From: Burkholderiales bacterium
GTDB lineage: Bacteria > Pseudomonadota > Gammaproteobacteria > Burkholderiales > Burkholderiaceae_C
Assembly: GCA_037143475.1 (NCBI GenBank)
Contig: JBAWYQ010000001.1
Span: 30,927-94,926 of the forward strand
DNA: 64,000 nt
Reading direction: 5' to 3'
The notes beneath the pieces are model-generated. The model was not told the DNA's origin, did no database searches, and saw only the letters and a list, made by a program, of their open reading frames with translations. Position numbers and translations under genes: made by a program. Shown here piece after piece: positions 56,068 to 64,000 of this stretch (within the stretch, counting starts at the first letter, position 1; each line of letters starts with the position of its first letter).

Positions 56068-57420
56068 TCACCCTTGTGCAGCAGCGATAGCTAGGATGTC
56101 ATCTGAGCTCGGCTTGAACCAATCTGGACCAATTAGCTGAACGCCCAAGAATTTGACGAACGTTTCGCGGACCATTGAATGATTCCAGCCTGACGTGTCA
56201 AATCGTTTTAGGAAATGTGGCAGGTTCGCTCCTGAAAGTTCAGCTCTGAAATCTACCAAAAATTTCTGTTTTTCCAGATCCGTCAGTTCGTCAAAACCGC
56301 GCAATAGGTCAGCTTTTCGGGAGCGCAGCCAAGTTTCTGTCCACGCCGCCTTGCGTTTTTTCATCTCTTCAGCGCTGATTTGCTTGGTCATAGGCGAAGA
56401 GGCCACTAACCTCGCGTGTTTCGCTTTTCGCTCCAAGTTATCTTTCAACCAGCTCGCTGGCTTCCTAACCTCCCCTACAACGGCCACCGGCATTTCAAGT
56501 CTTCGAACCAGGTCATCAACAGCTGAGGTCAACGGCGCTCGACCATGCTTTCGCAAGAGGTCTTCTGCCTGCTCCTGCTTCACGCCTGCTGAGATTGCCC
56601 GTCCAATCACCGGTAGATCCTGTGGAGTTACGTCGTGTAGTGGAGGTCTGACGTCCCTAGAATTCTTTTCTGCCTTGAACCAGACTTGAAATTGGATCTC
56701 AGATACAGTTTTGTTATCGCGCTCCTTGTGTTCGATTGGCCCCTTTACTTCGATGTTGGTGCGCTCATTGATTTCAGCAATCGCACGGTTCAACACATCG
56801 CGCTTAAAGAAACGGTATTCCGATTTCGTGTCGTCGCCCGCATAACCCGTGAGAACTGGCTTCCACCAGCGCCAATGCTGCCGCGCAGTCTTATGGCCGG
56901 GGTTGTCAACGTATCGGGCGCAAATCTCGTACAGTGCCATTGCAGCATGCGATGACAACTGCGTGATTGCTTCAATTGATAGCCGGGCATAGCGATCCGG
57001 ACTAAGAAGTTGCGAGCGAACCTTTGAATCAAAGCGCCACCGGATCGTCACGGCCCCGGAGCGTTTATCTTTCGTAATGCCTGCACCACTCAAGAGATTG
57101 CACGCGTCCCAAGTCTCTATTTCGCCGCTGGACGGGCTTTGCCACTCCACTGTCGTGGACATAAGTTCTTTAAGGATCTTCTTTAGCGGGGCAGTATCCT
57201 TGCTGTTGTAGTCAGCGTCGCTGATCACCTCATGGAGCCTGGCTTCATATTCCTCTTGCTCACCTTCATCTTGAGATCTGTGCAAGAGAACGTTAAAGAG
57301 TCGGCGCCCGAGCAATGAAATCCTGCGACCACCCTGCACTGGCATCAGCGCAACGGCATTTACGTGTTTCAACAGAATGTCATCAGCGTCGTCGGGGTGA
57401 AAAAGGCTTGGCTGATCCAT
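56068..57420 (-). CDS. repA: Plasmid replication initiator (iteron-binding Rep_3/RepA type)
   Basis: 450 aa. The N-terminal region (KHVNAVALMPVQGGRRISLLGRRLFNVLLH ... LYEICARY ... FKRDVLNRAIAEINERTNIEV) follows the winged-helix Rep pattern. Iterons lie immediately upstream and parAB is adjacent. Confidence 0.8.
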   Translation of the reverse strand: MDQPSLFHPDDADDILLKHVNAVALMPVQGGRRISLLGRRLFNVLLHRSQDEGEQEEYEARLHEVISDADYNSKDTAPLKKILKELMSTTVEWQSPSSGEIETWDACNLLSGAGITKDKRSGAVTIRWRFDSKVRSQLLSPDRYARLSIEAITQLSSHAAMALYEICARYVDNPGHKTARQHWRWWKPVLTGYAGDDTKSEYRFFKRDVLNRAIAEINERTNIEVKGPIEHKERDNKTVSEIQFQVWFKAEKNSRDVRPPLHDVTPQDLPVIGRAISAGVKQEQAEDLLRKHGRAPLTSAVDDLVRRLEMPVAVVGEVRKPASWLKDNLERKAKHARLVASSPMTKQISAEEMKKRKAAWTETWLRSRKADLLRGFDELTDLEKQKFLVDFRAELSGANLPHFLKRFDTSGWNHSMVRETFVKFLGVQLIGPDWFKPSSDDILAIAAAQG

Positions 57421-57491
57421 TTTGGAATGATACGAGTAAACGTGAGGGAATAATAGTCAAACTTCTCACATACTACATATTTGATTCTGAT

Positions 57492-57513
57492 CCCTGTTGA
57501 GTCTCACACATTT
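57492..57513. repeat. Isolated iteron copy (CCCTGTTGAGTCTCACACATTT) in the repA promoter region
   Basis: Matches the tandem iterons at 57677-57764, 72 nt upstream of the repA ATG. Confidence 0.6.
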
Positions 57514-57676
57514 GCTGACTGGTACAGCTTGTTGAGGATTGGTAAACACTAAAGCGCCAAAATTCAGGTGCAAACAGTCTCCAACAGTTGCTGACCTTCC
57601 CATACGTGAGTGGAAAAGAGGATCAAATATGAGCATCTAGGTATGGGCTGGCACCCTCAAATTCACTCTCGCTTAC

Positions 57677-57764
57677 CCCTTAATCATCTCACGCATATCC
57701 CTAATTTGTCTCCACTGAAGCCCTGTTTCATCTCACCTTGAGCCCTGTTGAGCCTCACGTATTC
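57677..57764. repeat. Four tandem 22-bp iterons (candidate oriV)
   Basis: Exact 22-bp phasing at 57677, 57699, 57721 and 57743: CCCTTAATCATCTCACGCATAT / CCCTAATTTGTCTCCACTGAAG / CCCTGTTTCATCTCACCTTGAG / CCCTGTTGAGCCTCACGTATTC. Shared CCCT....(T/C)CTC(A/C)C core. Confidence 0.75.
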
Positions 57765-58032
57765 ACATGCAAACCGTTGTCAGCATTGAAGATTTGGTAC
57801 GGCAAAGGTATTAAAGGCATTGAATGGATTCCTAGAGTTATAAACCCATCCCGTTCGGAGTTTCAAACTTCCAGAGATCCAACAGCCGTCATCAATGATG
57901 AATTTTTAGCAGCGACAAGGCAACTTGAACAATATTCTTCAGAAAAATTGATTTTCATTGCTGATATTGAAGAAAGCTAGCAAAATTACGACTGTTCAGA
58001 ATTTCTACCACTCTTCAATAGAGCTAATAAAT

Positions 58033-59226
58033 ATGGCAACAAAATCCGAGCTGCTTCTTCTCCCTGAGAGTTTGGCTGATGTCATGACTCAGGCCGACAA
58101 AGCTAGCTACATGATGAACGCCGTGCGAGGCGCCCTCCTCGCTCCTGAAAACAGGAAACAGGCCCCCCATTTCAATACGACGGAGTTGGCGGCGCTTTGC
58201 GATGCTGACCGCTCTCAGATAGTTTACAGATCGTCAAAGGGCGATCTGCCTGCAGGTACCATCAATCCTGGCGGGAACCGACGAACATTCACGTTGGAAG
58301 ATGCAATGCCCTGGATCCGTGAGTTTCGTGCTGATCAACTTCGCCCCAAGGGTGCTCATGCTGTTTGTATCTCTGTCGCGAATTTCAAAGGAGGCGTCGG
58401 CAAAACAACAACGGCTATGACTCTGGCGCAGGGCCTCGCTCTCAAGGGCCATAAAGTTTTGGTTCTAGACTGCGATCCTCAAGGCTCACTTACGACTCTT
58501 TTCGGAATCCTTCCAGATACTGAGGTTGATGAATCTCAGACGATCCTCCCGGTTTGTCTGGGCCAAGAAAGTAGCATCGCCCCATCTATTCAAAACACAT
58601 ACTGGCCTGGCCTGGATCTGGTCTGCGCTGCTCCCCTCCTCTTCGCGGCTGAGTTCGGACTTCCTGCACGGCAAATGCGAGAAACAGACTTTGAGTTTTG
58701 GAATGTTTTGAATCAGGCACTCGATGATGTTCGTGAGGAGTACGACGTGATCATTATCGATACGCCGCCTGCTTTATCCTATGTCACGATTAACGCTTTG
58801 ATGGCTAGTGATGGCATCTTGATGCCCCTGCCGCCCAACGCACTTGATGCGGCCTCTGCTGCGCAGTTTTGGCGGTTATTTTCTGATTTGGCCGGTCAAC
58901 TTGTCGAACAACGCGGCGTGACCAAGAGCTTCGATTTCGTGCGAGTATTACTAACTCGCGTCGATAGTCAGGACTCTACGACTGCGACCATCAGGGACTG
59001 GATCAGTAAGACATACGAAGGGAAAGTCTTGCCAGCTGAGATTCCAAAGACGACTGTAGCAAGCTCCAGTTCTGCTGAGTTTGGTACTGTCTATGACGTT
59101 GCCAAATATGACGGTAGTCAAAAGACATACAAACGCGCACGCGACGCTTATGAGCGTGTTTCAGAGTTGATGGAAGAGATTATTCGTGCTACGTGGCGCC
59201 GCCAAGTAGCTGAAGGAGGGGAATAG
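58033..59226 (+). CDS. parA: ParA partition ATPase (type Ia, with N-terminal extension)
   Basis: ATG 58033 (MATKSELLL). Deviant Walker A ANFKGGVGKTTTA and Walker A' LVLDCDPQGS. Confidence 0.9.
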   Translation: MATKSELLLLPESLADVMTQADKASYMMNAVRGALLAPENRKQAPHFNTTELAALCDADRSQIVYRSSKGDLPAGTINPGGNRRTFTLEDAMPWIREFRADQLRPKGAHAVCISVANFKGGVGKTTTAMTLAQGLALKGHKVLVLDCDPQGSLTTLFGILPDTEVDESQTILPVCLGQESSIAPSIQNTYWPGLDLVCAAPLLFAAEFGLPARQMRETDFEFWNVLNQALDDVREEYDVIIIDTPPALSYVTINALMASDGILMPLPPNALDAASAAQFWRLFSDLAGQLVEQRGVTKSFDFVRVLLTRVDSQDSTTATIRDWISKTYEGKVLPAEIPKTTVASSSSAEFGTVYDVAKYDGSQKTYKRARDAYERVSELMEEIIRATWRRQVAEGGE

Positions 59227-59228
59227 TT

Positions 59229-60305
59229 GTGGCCAAGAAGATTAATGAAAAGACGGCTGGCATCAGCCTTGCTGGATTCCAGCCACGTAGTCAGGGTGGG
59301 CAAATTGAGCCACCCTCCCCTCCTCGGCAATCTCTTGTTGACCGTATGCCTTCCTCCGTTGCAGCTGATGGTTTGGCACCCTCCCCTGCTCGAGTTGCTT
59401 CAAAATCTTTCACTGGCGCTGGCATTTTTATGTCGGCCATTACCGGAAAAGATGACGTTTCAAAGGAGCTGGCCGACGTACAAGCAAAGCTAGAGCAATT
59501 CAAAGGAGCTGAGATTACTCGCGCTTTGGATCCAAAGCTGGTTCATCCAAGTAAGTGGGCCAATCGAAGTGAACTATCGTTCAAATCCTCGGACTTCGAA
59601 AATCTGAAGTCTGAAATTGAATCTGCGGGGGGCAATGTTCAGCCCATTAAAGTGCGTCCGGTTAGTGGTGCTCGGGGTGATTTTGAGATCGTCTTTGGAC
59701 ATCGTCGTCATCGTGCTTGCTTGGAGTTGGGGCTCCCCGTACTGGCATTGATAGAGGAATTAAACGATGTGGCGCTGTTCTCACAGATGGACAGGGAGAA
59801 TCGGCAACGTGCTGATTTGCGCCCTTTCGAGCAAGGCGTCATGTATGCGCGTGCGCTCGATGAGGGGCTTTTCCCGTCTTTGCGGAAAATGAGTGAAGCT
59901 CTGGGTGTTGACGTTGGAAATGCGAGTAAGGCGATTTCATTGGCTCGGCTGCCGGCTTCGATTTTATCTTGTTTTTCGTCTCCTCTCGATCTTCAACAGG
60001 CATGGGCAACGGATCTGTCTGTGGCTCTTCAAAAGGACCCGGATATCGTTTTGGGTAGGGCACGTAAGCTTTCCCAAATGGTGGAAAAGGAATCGGCTGT
60101 AAACATATTCAAGGAGCTGATCGGCAAGGGTGTTGTTTCAAACAACACCCCTAATCCTGAGCCGTTGCAGATCAAAGGGCCAGGCGGCCGGACGGGAACA
60201 ATTGGATTCAACTCGAAGAAAAAAACATTTGAGATCTGCCTTACTGGCCTAGACTTAACCCAGATGGCGACTATCGAGGCCTCTATTCGGAAGCTGCTGG
60301 CTTGA
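59229..60305 (+). CDS. parB: ParB partition protein
   Basis: GTG start with GGAGGGG RBS, 2 nt after the parA stop. ParB-box IVFGHRRHRACLELG; HTH region LRKMSEALGVDVGNASKAISLARLP. Confidence 0.9.
   Translation: MAKKINEKTAGISLAGFQPRSQGGQIEPPSPPRQSLVDRMPSSVAADGLAPSPARVASKSFTGAGIFMSAITGKDDVSKELADVQAKLEQFKGAEITRALDPKLVHPSKWANRSELSFKSSDFENLKSEIESAGGNVQPIKVRPVSGARGDFEIVFGHRRHRACLELGLPVLALIEELNDVALFSQMDRENRQRADLRPFEQGVMYARALDEGLFPSLRKMSEALGVDVGNASKAISLARLPASILSCFSSPLDLQQAWATDLSVALQKDPDIVLGRARKLSQMVEKESAVNIFKELIGKGVVSNNTPNPEPLQIKGPGGRTGTIGFNSKKKTFEICLTGLDLTQMATIEASIRKLLA
60128..60150. other. parS-like palindrome 1 (inside parB coding sequence)
   Basis: GGGTGTTGTTTCAAACAACACCC, 11-nt arms around a central C. 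Confidence 0.55.
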
Positions 60306-60311
60306 TCATGT

Positions 60312-60338
60312 AGGGGTGTTGTTTCAAACAACACCCCT
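60312..60338. other. parS-like palindrome 2 (7 nt after parB stop)
   Basis: AGGGGTGTTGTTTCAAACAACACCCCT, perfect 13-nt arms with the same core as 60128-60150. Confidence 0.6.
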
Positions 60339-60350
60339 CACAACTCCCTA

Positions 60351-60392
60351 AGACCCTGCGAGGTCCGAGCGCCTTCGCAGGGTCTCTTTCTG
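60351..60392 (+). terminator. Probable parAB terminator hairpin
   Basis: AGACCCTGCGA-13 nt loop-TCGCAGGGTCT (11-bp stem) followed by CTTTCT. Confidence 0.55.
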
Positions 60393-60710
60393 GCGCATAC
60401 GTGAGAGAAATCAGGGGCCTTCGGCATCAAATTGAAATGTTCCACTTGCCTTTGGTGAGCTGGAAATGCCCAGACAAATCCGATCAAAGTAGGGCAGGGG
60501 AGCCGGGTGATATTCAACCGTGCGAATGAAGTCGGATCGGTTGACACGGGTGCGATCGCAAAGTCGGTTAGCCAGCTACGGGTGAGCAACCATGGAGCCG
60601 ATTGAATGCTTGGACTCAATCACGGTTTGATTCCAATTTTGCTAAACCAAAATCCAAGTGCCGAAGTTCCATCAGCAACCAATACATTACCTGGACCCGC
60701 AATTGGAATC

Positions 60711-61892
60711 TCAAGTTTGAGACGAAATCGTAAGGGCTGCTGAAAGCGGGCTCATGACTTCTACCCCGTCCTTCATGGAATAAGGCTGTTCGACTGGCGC
60801 AACCAACAACTTGCGCACGGCGCCAAGGTCGATCGAGGCCGTGTAAAAGCCTTTTGAAACAGTCGGTGCTGAAGACCGCTTGATCTCGACTACCCAGGTC
60901 TGACCACCGCGAAACTCCAAGACCAAGTCAACCTCGGCTCCATTGCTGGTCCGGTAAAAGCTGGCTTGGGCGGTAGGTGCCGCATTGATGAGCTGCTCGA
61001 CGACAAAGCCTTCCCAGCTAGAACCTGCCACAGGGTGGCTCAATACCGCATCGAGACTGCTCAGGCCAAGCAGGGCGTGAACCAGTCCGCTGTCGCGCAC
61101 AAACACTTTGGGCGAGCGGATCAGGCGCTTGCCAACGTTACCGCTCCAGGCTGGCAGTCGGCGAACCAACATAAGGTCGCAGAGCAGGTCAATGTAGCGT
61201 CCAACGGTCTGACCGTTGATCCCTAAGGCGCCGGCAAGTTTTGACTGATCCAGTAGTTCACCCTGGTTGTGGGCCAGCATGGTCCACAAGCGGCGTAGCG
61301 TGGTTGCAGGAATCCTGGGGCCTAACGCGGGGATGTCCTTTTCCAAATAGGTCGTGATGAAGGCCTCTCGCCAGGCCAGACTTGCGGCGTCATCCTTGGC
61401 CAACCATGCCAAGGGGAATCCACCGCGCACCCATAGGGAGTTCAGTTCGGAAGGTTGGACGTCACCTGCAAAAACCTCGCGGGCTTGAAACGGCGTCAAT
61501 TCAATTTGTGCGACACGGCCCGCCAGGCTCTCACTGGACTGTTGCAGCAGCACGCCCGATGCTGACCCCAACAGCAGAAACTGGCCGCTGCTTTCACCTA
61601 GGCGGCGACGCTGATCGATGACGCCACGCAGGATGCTGAAGACCCCTGGCATCCGTTGCACTTCATCCAGGATGACAAGTTGGTTGGGGTGCGCCATGAA
61701 GAAGGCTTCGGGGTCATCAAGCTGGCGTTGGGCGGAGGGAAGCTCAAGATCCAGATAGAGGGCATTGGGTCGACTTTGCTTTTGTGCGAAAGCCAAGGTG
61801 GTCTTGCCTGTCTGGCGTGGACCGAGGAGAACCACGGCCGCAAACTGGTTCAGCAGTTCGGTCAAACGTTGTTGCGCGAGTCTTTTATGCAT
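60711..61892 (-). CDS. AAA-family ATPase with DUF4143-type C-terminal domain
   Basis: 393 aa. Walker A LLGPRQTGKTTLA and Walker B LVILDEVQ. The overall AAA_14 + DUF4143 architecture is common on mobile elements. Confidence 0.8.
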   Translation of the reverse strand: MHKRLAQQRLTELLNQFAAVVLLGPRQTGKTTLAFAQKQSRPNALYLDLELPSAQRQLDDPEAFFMAHPNQLVILDEVQRMPGVFSILRGVIDQRRRLGESSGQFLLLGSASGVLLQQSSESLAGRVAQIELTPFQAREVFAGDVQPSELNSLWVRGGFPLAWLAKDDAASLAWREAFITTYLEKDIPALGPRIPATTLRRLWTMLAHNQGELLDQSKLAGALGINGQTVGRYIDLLCDLMLVRRLPAWSGNVGKRLIRSPKVFVRDSGLVHALLGLSSLDAVLSHPVAGSSWEGFVVEQLINAAPTAQASFYRTSNGAEVDLVLEFRGGQTWVVEIKRSSAPTVSKGFYTASIDLGAVRKLLVAPVEQPYSMKDGVEVMSPLSAALTISSQT

Positions 61893-62419
61893 CCATGTAT
61901 TTTAACCATTCTTTGGTAAAATTACATGGTTTGTTCGTGCGTGTTGAATTGTGAGGTCTTGGACGCTTTTGGCAGCGCGGACCATGCCAATGGGTGGGCC
62001 AGGGCGGGAAGGGCGCCACATGGCGCTTCTGAGCGGCAGGAAAGGCTTTTCCTCAGATCGTAAGGTCGTGCCACAACCATAGGGAATGGCTGCGTCAAAT
62101 CGACTGAACGTGGGCCTACGGTCAACAGCAGAGTTTCCGAGGAAATTGCGGTCATCTCAGAATTAATACGTTTTGCAAACGTCATGATTATCCTTATAAT
62201 CAGGACGTGATAAAAATAGATCTAAAACAGCTATTTTGACTTGTACCACGTCTATTTGCATAAAAACGTTCCTAGGTTTTTCATAAAAGTGTTCCTGCGT
62301 GAACCAATGCAGCGGCTGTGCCTTTGGAGATGCACAACGTCAATTGCGACTCAACTGGAGCGCGATTCGTCATGAGTAACACGTGACACCAAAACCTTGT
62401 ACATTGCTCAGTAGCCAAG

Positions 62420-62458
62420 ACTGTCAACCTTGGTGTAAACTGTCAACTTAACTGTCAA
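62420..62458. promoter_or_regulatory. Three direct ACTGTCAA repeats upstream of the TIGR04255-like gene
   Basis: ACTGTCAA at 62420, 62439 and 62451, ending 20 nt before the ATG at 62478. Candidate operator for the HTH protein encoded in the operon. Confidence 0.4.
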
Positions 62459-62477
62459 GTACATAGCAGAGGACACC

Positions 62478-63272
62478 ATGGGGAAAAAGCTGACCAACGC
62501 GCCGGTCTACTACACGGTCGCCCAAGTCCAGTTCAACCCGGTACTGGATATGGATGGGTACATCCCCTCCATTCAGTCCAAGTTGCGTGAGGCGCACTTT
62601 CCAGACTACAAGAAGGAAGTCTTTCAACAGCTTGTATTGCCCTTCGGTGGGGCCGAGCAAGGGCAGATGGTCGCACCAAGCTTGGCACCGCAGTCGCGCT
62701 ATCTATTCGGCGACATTGATGGGCGCTCGCTTTTCTTGCTGGAGACGAATGCACTGTCATTCCAAACCACCAGCTATGACACTTTCGAAACACTCTCCGC
62801 GACCTTCCTGAAGGGTTTAGGCATCCTGAATGACGCACTGGGCCTCAACTTCGTTGAGCGCATTGGGCTTCGGTACTTGGACGCTGTTCAGCCATCGAAG
62901 GACGGCGAAACGTTGCGGGAATTCCTCGTGTCGGAAGTTCTGGGTCTTTCGCAGCGAGATGGCGGTCAACTCCAGCAATCCGTCAGCGAGACTATCTTCT
63001 CAACTGCCGCTGGGCAGCTTGTGTCGCGTGTCCTCATCCGTCATGGGCATGTTGGTCTTCCCATGGAACTGGGCGGTTTGGCACCCGTCGTCGACCCTCG
63101 ATTTACCCAGCGAGATGGGCTGCATGCGATTGTCGATACAGATGCTTCTATGACACATAGAGAGACATTTGAACTGTCCAAGGTGGGAGCGCGCCTGACG
63201 GCACTCCATGATGAAATCGAGAAGTCTTTCAATGCGACGGTCACCGATCATGCGCGGGCCTCGTGGGCCTGA
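62478..63272 (+). CDS. Hypothetical protein, TIGR04255-like
   Basis: 264 aa, AGAGGA RBS. The opening LTNAPVYYTVAQVQFNPVL and the length fit my recollection of the sporadically distributed TIGR04255 family. Function unknown. Confidence 0.6.
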   Translation: MGKKLTNAPVYYTVAQVQFNPVLDMDGYIPSIQSKLREAHFPDYKKEVFQQLVLPFGGAEQGQMVAPSLAPQSRYLFGDIDGRSLFLLETNALSFQTTSYDTFETLSATFLKGLGILNDALGLNFVERIGLRYLDAVQPSKDGETLREFLVSEVLGLSQRDGGQLQQSVSETIFSTAAGQLVSRVLIRHGHVGLPMELGGLAPVVDPRFTQRDGLHAIVDTDASMTHRETFELSKVGARLTALHDEIEKSFNATVTDHARASWA

Positions 63273-63284
63273 AGGAAAAGTAAC

Positions 63285-63920
63285 ATGAGTACGACGATGA
63301 CCTATGGCGGCTGGGTTACCGAACGGCCGGCTGCGACCGGCGTCACGTCCACCCTCGTTCGCTGGGTGGGATGGATGACTGCAGCGGGTGCTGCACTGAC
63401 CAGTGTTGGTACTGGAGGCGAGCTTTCTCCCCAGCAACTGCAGCGGAGCGCTCAGCAAGCACAGCACATGGTCACCGTAGTTGATGTCGCGGAGATCGAG
63501 CAGGTTCGGACTCCTGGCGAAAATCTATTGCGCATCCGCGAAGTGCTGAACCCGGCAATCTCGGACCTCGCGACAACGTTTGGCGTGTCGCGACAGTCCG
63601 TTTACAACTGGCTAAATGGCGAACCTGTTGCAGACGAGAACGCAGCAAAGCTACAGGACCTTGCTCAAGCTGCCGACGTGCTTTCGCACGAAGGTGTAAG
63701 CATCAATGCGGCGTTACTGAAGCGCAAGATCGACAATGGCCGGACGCTGATGCAGATTGCGAAGGCTGGTGAGTCAGCGATGGATGCAGCCCTGATGTTG
63801 GTTCAGATTCACAAAAGGGAGGCTGCGCAACGCGAACGCATGAATGCTCGGTTTGCCAATCGGGCGAAAACACCGGCGAGCGCCGACTTCGACCTCCCAG
63901 CAGCCAACGACCGTACTTGA
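63285..63920 (+). CDS. XRE-type HTH protein (antitoxin/regulator-like)
   Basis: 211 aa, AAGGAAAAG RBS. HTH ISDLATTFGVSRQSVYNWLNGE. The C-terminal GRTLMQIAKAGESAMDAALMLVQI resembles toxin-binding tails of Xre-type antitoxins. The N-terminal ~60 aa are low-complexity and the start may be internal. Confidence 0.6.
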   Translation: MSTTMTYGGWVTERPAATGVTSTLVRWVGWMTAAGAALTSVGTGGELSPQQLQRSAQQAQHMVTVVDVAEIEQVRTPGENLLRIREVLNPAISDLATTFGVSRQSVYNWLNGEPVADENAAKLQDLAQAADVLSHEGVSINAALLKRKIDNGRTLMQIAKAGESAMDAALMLVQIHKREAAQRERMNARFANRAKTPASADFDLPAANDRT

Positions 63921-63929
63921 AGGTGAGAC

Positions 63930-64000
63930 GTGGCGGAATGGAATCGTGACACCCCATGGCGCCAAGGGCATCTACTGGGCAACGAAGCGATTGAAGCCCT
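63930..64000 (+). CDS. Partial ORF (5' end only), unknown
   Basis: GTG at 63930 with AGGTGA RBS, 9 nt after the upstream stop. Reads (M)AEWNRDTPWRQGHLLGNEAIEA and runs off the window. Confidence 0.3.
   Translation, partial: MAEWNRDTPWRQGHLLGNEAIEA

Noticed and set aside
57738-57980. 80-aa ORF on the + strand between repA and parA.
   Set aside because: It begins inside the iteron array, has no RBS or homology, and occupies the expected origin/promoter region.
60338-60619. 93-aa minus-strand ORF downstream of parB.
   Set aside because: It overlaps the parS palindrome and the terminator hairpin, and has no RBS or homology.

Overview
High-G+C betaproteobacterial DNA. The proteins look Comamonas/Comamonadaceae-like. 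Positions ~485-52,800 form one dense catabolic island for steroid / bile-acid degradation. It contains: (1) a ~16-kb minus-strand side-chain operon with an SDR, a ChsH2/ChsH1-like hydratase, an Ltp2/Sal-like aldolase, four acyl-CoA dehydrogenases (ACADs), two CoA ligases and an MBL-fold hydrolase, ending in a DUF1329/DUF1302 outer-membrane pair; (2) etfB-etfA-hsdA-ksi; (3) a FadH-like and an OYE flavoreductase; (4) a 7alpha-HSDH-like SDR plus an aldehyde dehydrogenase; (5) a KshA-family Rieske oxygenase; (6) two MFS transporters and a secreted serine hydrolase; (7) a LuxR-type regulator (TesR/TeiR-like); (8) a tesB-to-tesR type ring-C/D (scd/ipd-like) operon. The island is bounded on the left by a frameshifted IS6 transposase remnant. 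On the right, after a visible drop in G+C at ~52.8 kb, comes plasmid-type backbone: a diverged MBL paralogue fused to an IS3 remnant, repA with 22-bp iterons, parA-parB with parS-like palindromes, a DUF4143 AAA ATPase and a TIGR04255-like/HTH operon running off the window. The most interesting signal not explained by genes is a 20-bp dyad (CATCGTC-N6-GACGATG, with a TTAGTC half-site variant). I found it in ten intergenic promoter regions of the island and in none of the backbone intergenic DNA I read. That suggests a dedicated operator, possibly for the LuxR-type regulator. No rRNA, tRNA or CRISPR array was seen. Family calls come from reading the translations and from remembered reference sequences; no database search was possible.
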